A DNA stretch of 63,714 nucleotides, the filler included, from Collodictyon triciliatum (Eukaryota), in assembly GCA_043381765.1 (NCBI GenBank). It is 6 parts of 5 records of this genome, joined end to end, with 100 filler letters (N's around TTAATTAATTAA, not from the genome) between each part and the next. Parts side by side here need not be neighbours in the genome. Positions count along the whole stretch, not along the records: positions 1 to 11,041 come from JBHJMP010000918.1; 5 more parts are not named here. One strand, written 5' to 3'. Of the stretch, positions 1-10,029 are shown one piece after another (within the stretch, counting starts at the first letter, position 1; the number at the start of each line of letters is the position of its first letter). The translations under genes and the position numbers were made by a program. The notes beneath the pieces are model-generated. The model worked only from the letters and a program-made list of their open reading frames with translations. It was not told the DNA's origin and did no database searches.

Positions 1-1523
1 AGGTCACTCTCAAGTTCCGTCTCACTATGACTGACCGGTACAGTTTGTGCATATTGTGCCAAAGCATGAATATTAGGCCTTAAAGATGGCGTATAAACAG
101 ACGGATTACTACTGATATTGGGATTTGCAAAAATACTGCTAATTTCTGGGCTTACGTTATATTTTACAATATCACTACCCGAACCTTGCGGCCATTCCTG
201 ATTCCTCTCTTCTTCAAATCTCTCCCGCCTCTGGTTTAACTCATCTTGCGTATTTAGCCATTTATCTACCCCGAGCTGATTCATTCCGCTAATCTTGCCA
301 AGTACATCCTGGTATTCAGATAATCCTTGCTGACCTAAACTATTTAACCGGTTTAAATCATTCATGTCGCTTTTATTTAAACTGCTCATTCTCCCCCGAA
401 GTACATCCTGTAGTAAGTTGTTTCTATTGCCAAAACGACTTTTAGCAATTCTATTTATAGCATCCTCGGTTTGTGATAAATGTGACTGTGACCCATACGT
501 ACCTTTTCGCTCATGATCCATACTGATTCTGGCTTTCTCCGCCTTTAAAAGACGTTTTGTCTCTTGGTCGAGCTTATCTGTTTGCGGATCATAAATTGTA
601 GGTAAATCGCCTATAGCCCGCGAGCCAACATTCTCTCTTCCCATTAACGAGCTATAGAGGTTATCTCTTTCTCCCCTTGAGGAATCATTATAATCATGAC
701 TCAAATCTCCAAGTAAGCGATGCGAGGTCGCTAATTCTTCAGGCACATTAGCAAGCTGCTCACCACTATATCTCGGAGTCGGGCTATTATAAAGATTTAG
801 TCCTTTTTCTAGTACCTTGATGCCGGCCGCTTCACCATAAGGCCCCATGTTATCAGGATTACCACCGCTATTTACTATATTGTATAACGCCTTCATCTTT
901 TGCTTTGGGGCATTTAATTCTTCGTAAAACTTATTCTTATCTGCCGAATTTGCTAGATGTGAGTATATATGCTGCTGATTGCCAAATTGCCCCAGCATAT
1001 TAGTAAGTCCTGCCCTCTTTGCCTTCTCGGCGTTACCTAGTGCATTTAAACTATTGCCAAACCCTGAATTAAATTCAGAATCAAGGCTTGAAGCATCATT
1101 ACTTAAGGCATCTATACCAACACGGGATAAATCAAGACCCTTATTCAGGTTCTTGTCAAACTTATTATAAAAACCGGTTTGTCTACTACCGGTTCTATCT
1201 CCAAACTGTTTTCCCATCAGCTTCCATCCGGTATCGCCTACCCGTCTTTGACCGGATGAGAGTATATCCAGTAAAGAGGTTTTCTGTCCCTCATTAAAAC
1301 CTTGTGGCGTTCTACTTAAAACACCGCTTGCTTCCACAGAATAAGGAGCAGGAGAATTATTAAACTGCTCTTCCAATGCTCGTTTCTTCTGCGTTAAAGC
1401 AGACATCGGAACACTAGTCTTTCCTCTATATACCGGTACCCCGCTATCTACCATTCGCCCTATATCACGATTAATTAGGCTAAGTGCCTGCTCTCTTAGG
1501 TCATTTAAGTTGTGTGTTTTCAT
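1..1523 (-). CDS. Putative phage virion/DNA-ejection protein, >=507 aa, runs off the window edge (not in ORF track)
   Basis: Manual translation from ATG at 1523 (MKTHNLNDLREQALSLINRD...) stays open to position 1. It starts 1 nt after the stop of the 1525-3027 gene and is helical and G/N/Q/S-rich, like podophage ejection proteins. The function is inferred from context. Confidence 0.5.
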   Translation of the reverse strand, partial: MKTHNLNDLREQALSLINRDIGRMVDSGVPVYRGKTSVPMSALTQKKRALEEQFNNSPAPYSVEASGVLSRTPQGFNEGQKTSLLDILSSGQRRVGDTGWKLMGKQFGDRTGSRQTGFYNKFDKNLNKGLDLSRVGIDALSNDASSLDSEFNSGFGNSLNALGNAEKAKRAGLTNMLGQFGNQQHIYSHLANSADKNKFYEELNAPKQKMKALYNIVNSGGNPDNMGPYGEAAGIKVLEKGLNLYNSPTPRYSGEQLANVPEELATSHRLLGDLSHDYNDSSRGERDNLYSSLMGRENVGSRAIGDLPTIYDPQTDKLDQETKRLLKAEKARISMDHERKGTYGSQSHLSQTEDAINRIAKSRFGNRNNLLQDVLRGRMSSLNKSDMNDLNRLNSLGQQGLSEYQDVLGKISGMNQLGVDKWLNTQDELNQRRERFEEERNQEWPQGSGSDIVKYNVSPEISSIFANPNISSNPSVYTPSLRPNIHALAQYAQTVPVSHSETELESD

Positions 1524-1524
1524 C

Positions 1525-3027
1525 TTATCCTCTTAAATAACTCTCTAAAGACTTTACTTTTGGGGGAAGATTTACTTTTCCACCTCTCTTATGTTTGCGG
1601 ATATTTTCTCTGAAAACATCAAGCTTGCGTGCTCCAGCTGCATTATTACCATCCCCTAAATCAGATACTGTCGAGGCGTCAAATACATATTCGCCGTCGC
1701 TAAGCCTTGCATCAATTAAATCATCCTGCCCGCCGCTATCGCCGCTTAAATAACCTATAGGGCTTAGAGGGTCATAAATTTCTTCCGTCAAATAAGCATA
1801 AGGGTTACGGGCACTCCCGCCGCCTTTCATTCTAAGCGGCCGCCCTTCCTCATCCGTGTACTCAAGCCAGCGACCGGTTCTTGCAAACTCCTCAGGTGAT
1901 ACAACTCGCCTCTGGACAGAACCCATGTTCTTTATATCTTCTTCCAGCTGCTTGTTTTTTCGCTTTTTTTGTAAATCGGCACGTGCAGTCTCAAGTAGCT
2001 CGTCAGCTTCAACCTCGGCAATAGTCTTACGGCTTGCGTTGCGATACCTTCGCTCTTCCTCTGCTATTTTCTCTGGACTTTTTGGCTTCTGCCGACCTGC
2101 ATACTGTGCCGCTACAGTGCCAAGTGTTAGTAAATTCCCTGGCTGAGTTAGATAGTCTTTTGCATTATCACCAAACTTTTCTAAAAAACCCCTATTATCT
2201 ACATAAGGATAACCGGGATATTGCATTTGCGGATATTGTCCATACTGGGGCGGTACTCCTCCCACTCCTTGCGAAAGTGCAGTCGCAGCGCTAAGACCAC
2301 CACTTACATAAGGATTACTTCCTCCAAGCCCAAACAATCCACTACTACCGCTTGAACTCCCCATGCCTAAAGCAGGTAATATCGCATTAGTACTGCCATA
2401 ATTGCTAAGACTAGAGCCAAGAGCTGTGCTACCTAACTTACTTGCTCCCCATCCAAGTCCTGAAGCAATAGAAGGAAGAGCTGCCCCCATACCTGCTCCT
2501 TTTAAAGCTCCACTTAAAGCACTCTTGCCTCTTGCTGCGTGTTGTGCTCCTTGACCAATAGCGCCGCCAATAATACCGCCTATTCCGGGCGCAATCATAT
2601 TACCGATAACTGCTCCCGCTCCACCCCCTATTACACTTCTTATTGCTTTCCATGGTTTTTTCCAAAAACTGTACTCACGAAGACCCGTATCAGGGTTTAT
2701 CGTCCCGCTTCCTCCTAGACTTTTTAATATATGAGCTTCAATAGGATTAATATGGGCAAGCTCAGTATCGCCATTCCTTCCGTGTCTTCTAATCAGATCG
2801 GCAAGCCTAGGTAAATCTTCTTCTTTAACCGAACCTCCTTCTTTAAAAGCATACTGCGCTCCCGTAGTATCGTAAGGATTACTGTAAGACATATAAGGAT
2901 CACCATACCCAGCGTCTTCATAGCGAGGATCAGGCATCTGATTATCGCCATCAGAAGCTAAGTTATAAGGATCGGAGTTGTTATAAGGATAGTTGTAGGT
3001 ATTTAAATATGGATCATAATTTTGCAT
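1525..3027 (-). CDS. Phage virion DNA-transfer/pilot-like protein (500 aa)
   Basis: Motifs 'EGGSV...GRNGDTELAHINPIEA...GGSGTINPDTGLREY', a Gly/Ala-rich hydrophobic middle and C-terminal 'GGQDDLIDARLSDGEYVFDA...G' resemble Caudoviricetes ejection/tape-measure-type proteins. The N-terminus is Y/N/P/D-rich. Confidence 0.6.
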   Translation of the reverse strand: MQNYDPYLNTYNYPYNNSDPYNLASDGDNQMPDPRYEDAGYGDPYMSYSNPYDTTGAQYAFKEGGSVKEEDLPRLADLIRRHGRNGDTELAHINPIEAHILKSLGGSGTINPDTGLREYSFWKKPWKAIRSVIGGGAGAVIGNMIAPGIGGIIGGAIGQGAQHAARGKSALSGALKGAGMGAALPSIASGLGWGASKLGSTALGSSLSNYGSTNAILPALGMGSSSGSSGLFGLGGSNPYVSGGLSAATALSQGVGGVPPQYGQYPQMQYPGYPYVDNRGFLEKFGDNAKDYLTQPGNLLTLGTVAAQYAGRQKPKSPEKIAEEERRYRNASRKTIAEVEADELLETARADLQKKRKNKQLEEDIKNMGSVQRRVVSPEEFARTGRWLEYTDEEGRPLRMKGGGSARNPYAYLTEEIYDPLSPIGYLSGDSGGQDDLIDARLSDGEYVFDASTVSDLGDGNNAAGARKLDVFRENIRKHKRGGKVNLPPKVKSLESYLRG

Positions 3028-3104
3028 TTTTGCCTCTAGTTATAACAAAAATAAAAGCTTTATTTTTATCATAGCAGAAACAATCTTAATCCATGTTTTT
3101 TCGT

Positions 3105-3138
3105 AAAAACAAAAAAGGAGCTAAAAAACTTAGCCCCT
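3105..3138 (-). terminator. Rho-independent terminator downstream of bet
   Basis: Minus strand reads AGGGGCTAA-GTTTT-TTAGCTCCT followed by a U-run. Confidence 0.55.
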
Positions 3139-3221
3139 AAAAACAGAAAAAACAATGAGTAATTGATCGTGTGTTCACTTTAACATATTTAAACAAGCAA
3201 TTCTAGGTGTATTTTCTAAAC

Positions 3222-3596
3222 TTACGCTGCCTCCATATCTTGTGAATAGTTATACTGCTCGTTAATATATTTTATACAAGCCAATTGCCTTTCTTCCCCT
3301 AAATCGGCAATACTTTCAACACCAGCTTTGCTACACCACTTATTTATTATCTCGCTTGATACATTATGCAGTTTAATAAGTTCTATTAATTCGGCTAGAG
3401 TTTCACTCGGCTCTAGGTTTTTGACCTCTTCTTCCTGATGAGATAAAACAGAGTCAAGCTTGCTACTTATGCTAGCAGATTTTGGTGTGATATTTTTAAC
3501 TTCCATCTCAAGATCGTTAAAATTCTTCCCCTCCATTTCCTCAGCTGTCGGATGCTGACTTACTATCTCAGGAAAAGCCTTACGCAAGGCTTGTGC
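3222..3596 (-). CDS. bet: Phage single-strand annealing protein Bet/RecT, C-terminal part (5' end lost in gap)
   Basis: The frame reads AQALRKAFPE next to the gap, the conserved end-of-core motif of Red-beta/RecT proteins, followed by an acidic tail. Confidence 0.7.
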   Translation of the reverse strand, partial: AQALRKAFPEIVSQHPTAEEMEGKNFNDLEMEVKNITPKSASISSKLDSVLSHQEEEVKNLEPSETLAELIELIKLHNVSSEIINKWCSKAGVESIADLGEERQLACIKYINEQYNYSQDMEAA

Positions 3597-3952
3597 NNNN
3601 NNNNNNNNNNNNNNNNNNNNNNNNNNNNNNNNNNNNNNNNNNNNNNNNNNNNNNNNNNNNNNNNNNNNNNNNNNNNNNNNNNNNNNNNNNNNNNNNNNNN
3701 NNNNNNNNNNNNNNNNNNNNNNNNNNNNNNNNNNNNNNNNNNNNNNNNNNNNNNNNNNNNNNNNNNNNNNNNNNNNNNNNNNNNNNNNNNNNNNNNNNNN
3801 NNNNNNNNNNNNNNNNNNNNNNNNNNNNNNNNNNNNNNNNNNNNNNNNNNNNNNNNNNNNNNNNNNNNNNNNNNNNNNNNNNNNNNNNNNNNNNNNNNNN
3901 NNNNNNNNNNNNNNNNNNNNNNNNNNNNNNNNNNNNNNNNNNNNNNNNNNNN
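3597..3952. other. Assembly gap (N-run)
   Basis: 356 N. Confidence 0.99.
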
Positions 3953-4028
3953 TATAATGGTACCCAAAAACTGGACTACTAAAATTGGAAAATGAGATAT
4001 AATTTCATAACAAGAAAATGGAAATTAT

Positions 4029-4328
4029 ATGTCTAAAAAAGCTAAGCAATATAGTGCAACAGAAAAGACAAAAATTGTTTTAGAAGCGATAAAAGCTGAA
4101 ATGACAATAGCACAAATAAGCAGTAAATATGGGGTTCATGCGACTCAAATACAAGCATGGAAAAAAAGAGGTATAGAAAATTTAGTTAGTGGCTTCCAAG
4201 TTAAGCCTACGACAAAAGATCCAGACAATCAAGAATTGATCAAACAATTATATGAACAAATAGGACAGTTAAGCGTTGAGCGTGACTGGCTGAAAAAAAA
4301 ATCTACAATGTTTGGACTTGGAAACTAG
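4029..4328 (+). CDS. IS3 transposase OrfA (HTH)
   Basis: YSATEKTKIVLEA...YGVHATQIQAWKK...LSVERDWLKKK. Confidence 0.9.
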   Translation: MSKKAKQYSATEKTKIVLEAIKAEMTIAQISSKYGVHATQIQAWKKRGIENLVSGFQVKPTTKDPDNQELIKQLYEQIGQLSVERDWLKKKSTMFGLGN

Positions 4329-5154
4329 GAAAAGTATGATTGATAATCATTGTAGGAATTTAGCTATTAGCAGGCAATGCGATCTACTTTTAATAAATAA
4401 ATCTACTTATTATTACAAGGCAAAAGGGCTAACTACAAGAGACTTAGAAATAATGAAGGTAATTGATGAAATCTATACAGATCATCCGTATTTTGGGGCA
4501 AGAAGAATGTCTAAGCATTTAGTACCTTTTGGAATTGTTATAGGTCGCAAAGCGGTAAGTCGATATTACAGAATCATGGCGATTGAAGCTGTTTATCCTA
4601 AAATGAATTTAAGTAAGCGCAACCAAGCTCATAAGATATATCCCTATCTTTTAAAAGGAGTTGAGATTACCAAGATAAATCAGGTGTGGAGTACCGATAT
4701 AACTTATATTAGGATGTCCCAAGGATTTGTCTATTTAGTAGCCATCATTGATTGGTTTAGTCGTTATATTCTGAGCTGGAAGGTGTCTATTAGTTTAGAT
4801 AGTGATTTTTGTATTGAAGCACTAGAAGAAGCTATAGAACAGCACGGTCAACCGGAGATTTTTAATACGGATCAAGGTTCTCAATTTACGTCAAATAATT
4901 TTATAGGCGCACTTGCTAAGCGTGAAATCAAGATCAGCATGGACGGTAAGGGAAGAGCTTTGGATAATATATTTATTGAAAGATTTTGGCGTTCATTAAA
5001 ACAAGAAAAAATATATTTGATAATTTTAAATACTGTAAAGGAGGCAAAAAATGCTATAACAGATTACATAACTTTTTATAATCAGAAAAGAATGCACCAA
5101 TCTTTGGATTATTTAACTCCAGAGCAGGTGTATTTAACAAAAATTATTGGCTAA
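4312..5154 (+). CDS. IS3 transposase OrfB (rve/DDE)
   Basis: NQVWSTDITYI, IFNTDQGSQFTS and DNIFIERFWRSLKQE DDE motifs. Confidence 0.95.
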   Translation: MDLETRKSMIDNHCRNLAISRQCDLLLINKSTYYYKAKGLTTRDLEIMKVIDEIYTDHPYFGARRMSKHLVPFGIVIGRKAVSRYYRIMAIEAVYPKMNLSKRNQAHKIYPYLLKGVEITKINQVWSTDITYIRMSQGFVYLVAIIDWFSRYILSWKVSISLDSDFCIEALEEAIEQHGQPEIFNTDQGSQFTSNNFIGALAKREIKISMDGKGRALDNIFIERFWRSLKQEKIYLIILNTVKEAKNAITDYITFYNQKRMHQSLDYLTPEQVYLTKIIG

Positions 5155-5215
5155 AATTATAACGAAAATTATATCTCTAAATTTTGATTTTTTAGTCTAG
5201 ACAAATTGGGCCACC

Positions 5216-6019
5216 TCATACTGCCTCGCAAGCTTTAAATACTTCTCTAGTAGTAATAACCTCATGACGATGTGGCCATAATTCGCCTTTTACTCGCATT
5301 TCACCATAGTAGAAGGGATTCTGGATCATCCTATGTAAAACTGTCTTATTTATGTAATGACCATTTTTACTACGTAAACCCCATCTTTTCGCTTTTAATA
5401 CCATTTCAGATAAAGTATATGCTCCTGTTGCGTACTCTTCAAATATTTTTGTGATTAAAGGGGCCTTGATGGGATCAACTATAATTAGTCCCCTACCGCG
5501 TTCATCTCTTTTATTCAAATAACCAAGTGGTGCACTACCATACCATTCCCCGTGAACCTCAACTTTCTGTTTAAAACTTTTTTTGACATTTTCACTTAAG
5601 AGATCAGTATGACATTTGGCAATAACAACTCCCATGCCCCACATCATTAATTCATGGGCAGTAGATTCCTGATGTATAACGTAACTTTCACTATTAAAAT
5701 GTAATTCCAGTTTACCTTTTCTAACTAATTCATCAAGTAAGGGAGTTTCTTTCTGGCTTCTTTGAATGCGATCTACCTTATCGGCAACGAATGCTATAGG
5801 CTCACGATACTGTTTTATAAATTTGATAATTTCCATAAATTCCTTTCGATCACCCTTAGTTGAAGATTCAACTATTTTAAACTTCTTTAAAATATGCAAT
5901 CCTTTTCGATCACAATATTTTTCCAATCTTTCAGTTTGTACTTCAAGAGAATAGCCTTCCTGTTGATCTTTAGAGGAAACTCTGGATAAAATAACTGCTT
6001 TTATTGCTTTCTCTGCCAT
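5216..6019 (-). pseudogene. Large serine recombinase/integrase, C-terminally truncated by IS3
   Basis: Resolvase catalytic motif SRVSSKDQ, DKVDR and a recombinase domain (APLGY...NPFYYG). The stop codon (5216-5218) is supplied by the IS3 end, before the usual zinc-ribbon/coiled-coil region. Confidence 0.85.
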
Positions 6020-6189
6020 AGTGTTTTTATTAAATTGATTTTTAATAATAAGTTATAAGCTAATTTGTAAATGTTAAGGTTGTTTTTATCCACGTTTTTT
6101 ACATCAGAAACTAATTAATGGTCCTAAGAACCTCTCTTGAAAGTTTTTTTAAGGATCAGTTAGCGCTTTCAACGTAATAGCAATCATAT

Positions 6190-6754
6190 CGAATGTTCAT
6201 AGTCCCTTCATTTGCTTAAAATTATTAAACCAACCAAGAGTACTTTCAACTATCCAACGTTTAAGAATTACCTAAAAATATATTTGATCAATAATTTTAC
6301 GAGCAATTGCAAGTAAACTTAAAGTTAAGTAGGATATTTTGCCCTAGTTTTTACGAGCACTTCTTTTGGTGCCATCACGATCCTGGACGTTAAATACCTG
6401 TATTTCACATGATAATGCTAAACCAAGAATATTTGTAGTTATATGACGATTTCTACCCTTAACTTTTTTACCGGCATCATATACTATAGATCCCCTTTTG
6501 ACTAGTCTTAACAGATTGAATCTCGATAATTCTTACAGTCGGCGTTGACTTTTTAGCAACTTTCTCTCTGATCTATGTATCCATATATCATGAATCTCTT
6601 TTTTTTCTTGGGTAACAACAGGTTTTTAAAAACCATTCTTGATCCCTTATATTCGTAGGGTACATGCCTCCACGTATTAAGCTTAAGCATTTTACCTTAA
6701 TGCCTGCAGAACTTTTAAAATAGGTTCTAAGAATTAATCCCAATTCTGATACAT
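6190..6754 (-). pseudogene. Degenerate IS5-family (IS1031-like) transposase remnant
   Basis: Broken minus-strand fragments IEIQSVKTSQKG, YDAGKKVKGRNRHI, NVQDRDG and KRWIVESTLGWFN match IS5 motifs (DSQSVK, GYDAGKKIKGRKRH, RWVVERTFAW). Boundaries are approximate. Confidence 0.75.
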
Positions 6755-6905
6755 GATGAATAAAAGTAATAACGAGTCAAGTTTTTAGTTAGAAAAATTG
6801 AGATGGTTATTATAGGAGTTTATAAAGTGGAAAGTAATTGATGGATACTAACTAATTTATAATATAAACGGTATTAATAAAGGACAAATAACTGATTTTG
6901 TCTAT

Positions 6906-7211
6906 TTAATCCAGCAAATCCTGTTTTATTTGAAGATCAATAATTTTTTGGCAAAAACCTATCAAGTTACGTGCTAATTTTCTTGATTCTTTTTCGTCTA
7001 TTTGATCCGGACAAGATGCCAGGATACTAGCTGCTATCCCATTAAATATTTCATGTTGTGACCTACCGGTTTTTATTGAATCAAGAAAATGCTCTTCTGT
7101 TACCGATAATGTTTTGGCAATAGATGCCCTTTGTTTATGAGTTAAAGTAATTGTTGTAGTAGATTCGGTATACCTGATTTTTTTCATATTGTTTATATCA
7201 CTTATATACAA
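6906..7211 (-). CDS. Hypothetical protein, divergent from the Cro-like gene
   Basis: ORF track, 101 aa; no recognised motif. Confidence 0.45.
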   Translation of the reverse strand: MYISDINNMKKIRYTESTTTITLTHKQRASIAKTLSVTEEHFLDSIKTGRSQHEIFNGIAASILASCPDQIDEKESRKLARNLIGFCQKIIDLQIKQDLLD

Positions 7212-7366
7212 TTTCTTTAGTCAATAGTTCAATAGGTTAATAGTCTTTGCAATCGGTATTTACGGCACGCAACCAAAATACCGGTAAGTTGCCCTGTTTT
7301 AATTAATCTCAATGCTAGTATTTATAAGGATTTATGGGTTTTATTTCCTTTAATTATTTAATGAGG

Positions 7367-7387
7367 TGGTTGCGCTGCTCGCAACCA
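7367..7387. promoter_or_regulatory. Operator-like palindrome TGGTTGCG-N5-CGCAACCA
   Basis: Perfect 8-bp inverted repeat upstream of the HTH gene. A related site, GGTTGCG-N5-CACAACG, lies at 7727-7745. Confidence 0.45.
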
Positions 7388-7460
7388 TTGTAAAATTCTT
7401 TGTAATTATCATCACCACGTGGTTTTCTATAGGGATAATTAACTTAAGATTCAGCATTTT

Positions 7461-7724
7461 ATGCGTCTAGAAAAATTTCTTAAACTAGAGAAATTATCAA
7501 TTCCAGAATTTGCAGAAATAATAGGTGTAAACAAGAGCGCAGTTTTTAGATACATACATGAAGGTTCTATACCAAAAGCCCCTGTTATGACAAAGATTTA
7601 CCTTGTAACAAGAGGAGCAGTTTCGGCAAATGATTTTTATAGACTGACTGATCAGATATTTGATGTGGAACTTGAAAAAAATATTCTTGCTAGAGAAGAA
7701 TTACATGCTGATTCTTTTAGATAA
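7461..7724 (+). CDS. Cro/XRE-like HTH regulator
   Basis: LSIPEFAEIIGVNKSAVFRY...IP...TRGAVSANDF, typical of alphaproteobacterial Cro-like proteins. Confidence 0.8.
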   Translation: MRLEKFLKLEKLSIPEFAEIIGVNKSAVFRYIHEGSIPKAPVMTKIYLVTRGAVSANDFYRLTDQIFDVELEKNILAREELHADSFR

Positions 7725-8045
7725 AAGGTTGCGTCCGGCACAACGATTTAAAATAATTTTTGGCTTGTTTTAGGGAAGTCGATAGAATTTGCGGTTGCTT
7801 GTTATAAATCGGGGTTTTCAAGTATCAGTTGTCCGGATATTCTTAAGAAATCACTTATAGGTTTTTATGGACTTATAGTTGTATAAAAAATTAGAAACAA
7901 ATCAAGTACAAGTAAAAATTATGACCTAGTTAAATAAACACGATAAATGCCCGCCCGGTATCTTACTTGAGTCCTACAAAACCTGAAAGATATCTATGGC
8001 GAGCAAATAAGCAAACCTGAGTTTCAACCAAACAAGATTGCAGAT

Positions 8046-8435
8046 ATGACCATAACACAAAAAGCAGACGGGTGCAATAAAGCTGCTGACCCGACTAAAA
8101 ATAATTTACCTTTTTTTCAACCTTACGGCTCGATCCTTGCGCCATGCCAATTTGGATTGCCGGAAGCAGTAATTATAACCGAGCTTTTATCTTTAAGATA
8201 TGAGATCGGTGATTATAGAGAGGATTTCATATTAACAGACTGTTTCGCACATTTCCGAAAAAAGTTCGGTATGAGCAAAATAGATATGCAAAAAGCATCA
8301 TGCCATTTACACAGGTCAGGTATAATAACCCGCTTTTTTCGGGAAATTACCGTAGGCTATCAAATTCATAAAGAACTGGATATCAGGTTAAATATTACCG
8401 GTTTAACTGATTTATCGGAAGCGGAGGTATGTTGA
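8046..8435 (+). CDS. Hypothetical protein (possible winged helix), coupled to the rep gene
   Basis: 129 aa, ends 1 nt before 8437. FRKKFGMSK...L...GIITR resembles the N-terminal helix-turn-helix segment of the next protein. Confidence 0.5.
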   Translation: MTITQKADGCNKAADPTKNNLPFFQPYGSILAPCQFGLPEAVIITELLSLRYEIGDYREDFILTDCFAHFRKKFGMSKIDMQKASCHLHRSGIITRFFREITVGYQIHKELDIRLNITGLTDLSEAEVC

Positions 8436-8436
8436 T

Positions 8437-10029
8437 ATGGAAATGTTATCGCTTGATAATCAGTACAATTTCAGAGGAAATATTATACCTGATGAATGGT
8501 ATGTAAGGTTTACTAACGGTAGGGGATCGCCTGATCTGCCCTTGATCTCGATACTCTCTGAAATAGTTTACTGGTATAGACCTAAGGAAATCAGAGACCC
8601 GATCACCGGTCAGATATCTTACGCACCTAAATTTCCTGAAGATATATGGCAAACTTCATACGCCCATTTTGAACGCAAGTTTGGGTTTAACCGGGAGAAA
8701 ATTCGTAAAGTTCTTGTCAAACTTGAAACGATGGGAATTATTACCCGAATATTCCGCAATGTAACTTTAAGGGGACAAGAGTATAATAACAGGCTTTTTA
8801 TTGATTTGAATAAGGATTCGTTACAGCTATCTGAAAGTAAGAATCAGGATAGCTCAAACTCCTGTAAACCACTTTTTTTTAGTTCTAAGAAAGTTGATGC
8901 TTCCCACTTTTTAGTATCACCCTCTCCTCATTTGCAAGGAATAGATAAGAATAAAGAAGAGAATAATAAAGATAGATCCAGATCTACGGATTCAGGTACT
9001 ACTGAAAGAGGAGAGGTAAGGGCGCAAGAGAGCAAGTCCCAATCCAGAGAATCTACATCTAATTCTTGCAAAAATTCTTTTGATACAATATCCGACAAGA
9101 GCGCAAAAAGTCTGAAAGACTTTTATCCATTAACCCAGAAAGACTGTCATCAATTGCAGTCATTATCAAAACGTGAATTTTCTCTTCGGGTAATGAACGA
9201 AATACTGCAGGACATGGCAAGACGTCTAACTGACAGGTTTTTTAAAAGCAGGAAAGCTTTTTTAAACTATATGGGAAAGGTTTTTACCTATGAGAAAAGA
9301 CAACCGGAAAAAGTTAATAACGATAATTTTAGAATAAGGAACAATATGACAGAGGATGAAATCAGCTTTGAAACAAAAGAACAATACCTTACTGAAATAG
9401 AAAATAACCCGGAAGTATCACCGCAACAACATTTTAAAAAGCTGATAGCAGCGGTGCTGTCTCAAGACAAGGCCTATAACCTGCTTAAGGCTTATAAATC
9501 GATTAATGTCCGGGAAGGAGTCATTATCTTAAATCTTGATAAACATATGGAACTTAGCAAAACGGATGAGGAAATCATCCTGAAGCAGGCTCAATCTACT
9601 CATGACCGGATTAGTTTTGATGAAGCAGGTTCCAAGTTTATTAGCAAGTTACAAATCGTTACACCGAACGCAAAAGAAAAAAGCTTATCTGATTATGAGT
9701 TTAGTGATGCTGCCATTCGAGGTAAAACTAGCCAAACCGTTAATACCGGACAGGAACCGCAAATATCCAGTGATATCTGGGAAACTGTACGAAGCAAGTT
9801 TATTGATTTAGTACCTCAGGGCGAATTACTGGATCAGCATTGGATAAGCAAGCTGGAAGCAAGTATTGATACAAGTTCAAAGAAATTAACCTTAAAAGCT
9901 CCGAGCAGTTTTATCAAGGACTGGGTATCAGATAACTATATGCATCATATTGTGAGATTAGCAGGAGGGATGGGTTTTGCCGTAGGCCTTGGTTATGGAA
10001 ATGAAAAACCTTACTACAGCAAACTGTAA
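8437..10029 (+). CDS. Rickettsial plasmid-type replication initiator (N-terminal wHTH, C-terminal DnaA_N-like domain)
   Basis: N-terminal GNIIPDEWY...ILSEIVYWYRP...WQTSYAHFERKFG and C-terminal IWETVR...WISKLE...LTLKAPSSFIKDWVSDNY (DnaA domain I-like), as in the 'DnaA-like' proteins of Rickettsia plasmids. Confidence 0.8.
   Translation: MEMLSLDNQYNFRGNIIPDEWYVRFTNGRGSPDLPLISILSEIVYWYRPKEIRDPITGQISYAPKFPEDIWQTSYAHFERKFGFNREKIRKVLVKLETMGIITRIFRNVTLRGQEYNNRLFIDLNKDSLQLSESKNQDSSNSCKPLFFSSKKVDASHFLVSPSPHLQGIDKNKEENNKDRSRSTDSGTTERGEVRAQESKSQSRESTSNSCKNSFDTISDKSAKSLKDFYPLTQKDCHQLQSLSKREFSLRVMNEILQDMARRLTDRFFKSRKAFLNYMGKVFTYEKRQPEKVNNDNFRIRNNMTEDEISFETKEQYLTEIENNPEVSPQQHFKKLIAAVLSQDKAYNLLKAYKSINVREGVIILNLDKHMELSKTDEEIILKQAQSTHDRISFDEAGSKFISKLQIVTPNAKEKSLSDYEFSDAAIRGKTSQTVNTGQEPQISSDIWETVRSKFIDLVPQGELLDQHWISKLEASIDTSSKKLTLKAPSSFIKDWVSDNYMHHIVRLAGGMGFAVGLGYGNEKPYYSKL

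Larger units (their letters stand above)
3953..5218 (+). mobile_element. IS3-family insertion sequence
   Basis: orfA/orfB pair with imperfect terminal IRs (left ...CCCAAAAACTGGACTACTAAAATTGGAAAATGAGATATAATTT; right reverse complement TGAGGTGGCCCAATTTGTCTAGACTAAAAAATCAAAATTTAGAGATATAATTT). The element ends in CA at 5218. Confidence 0.9.
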
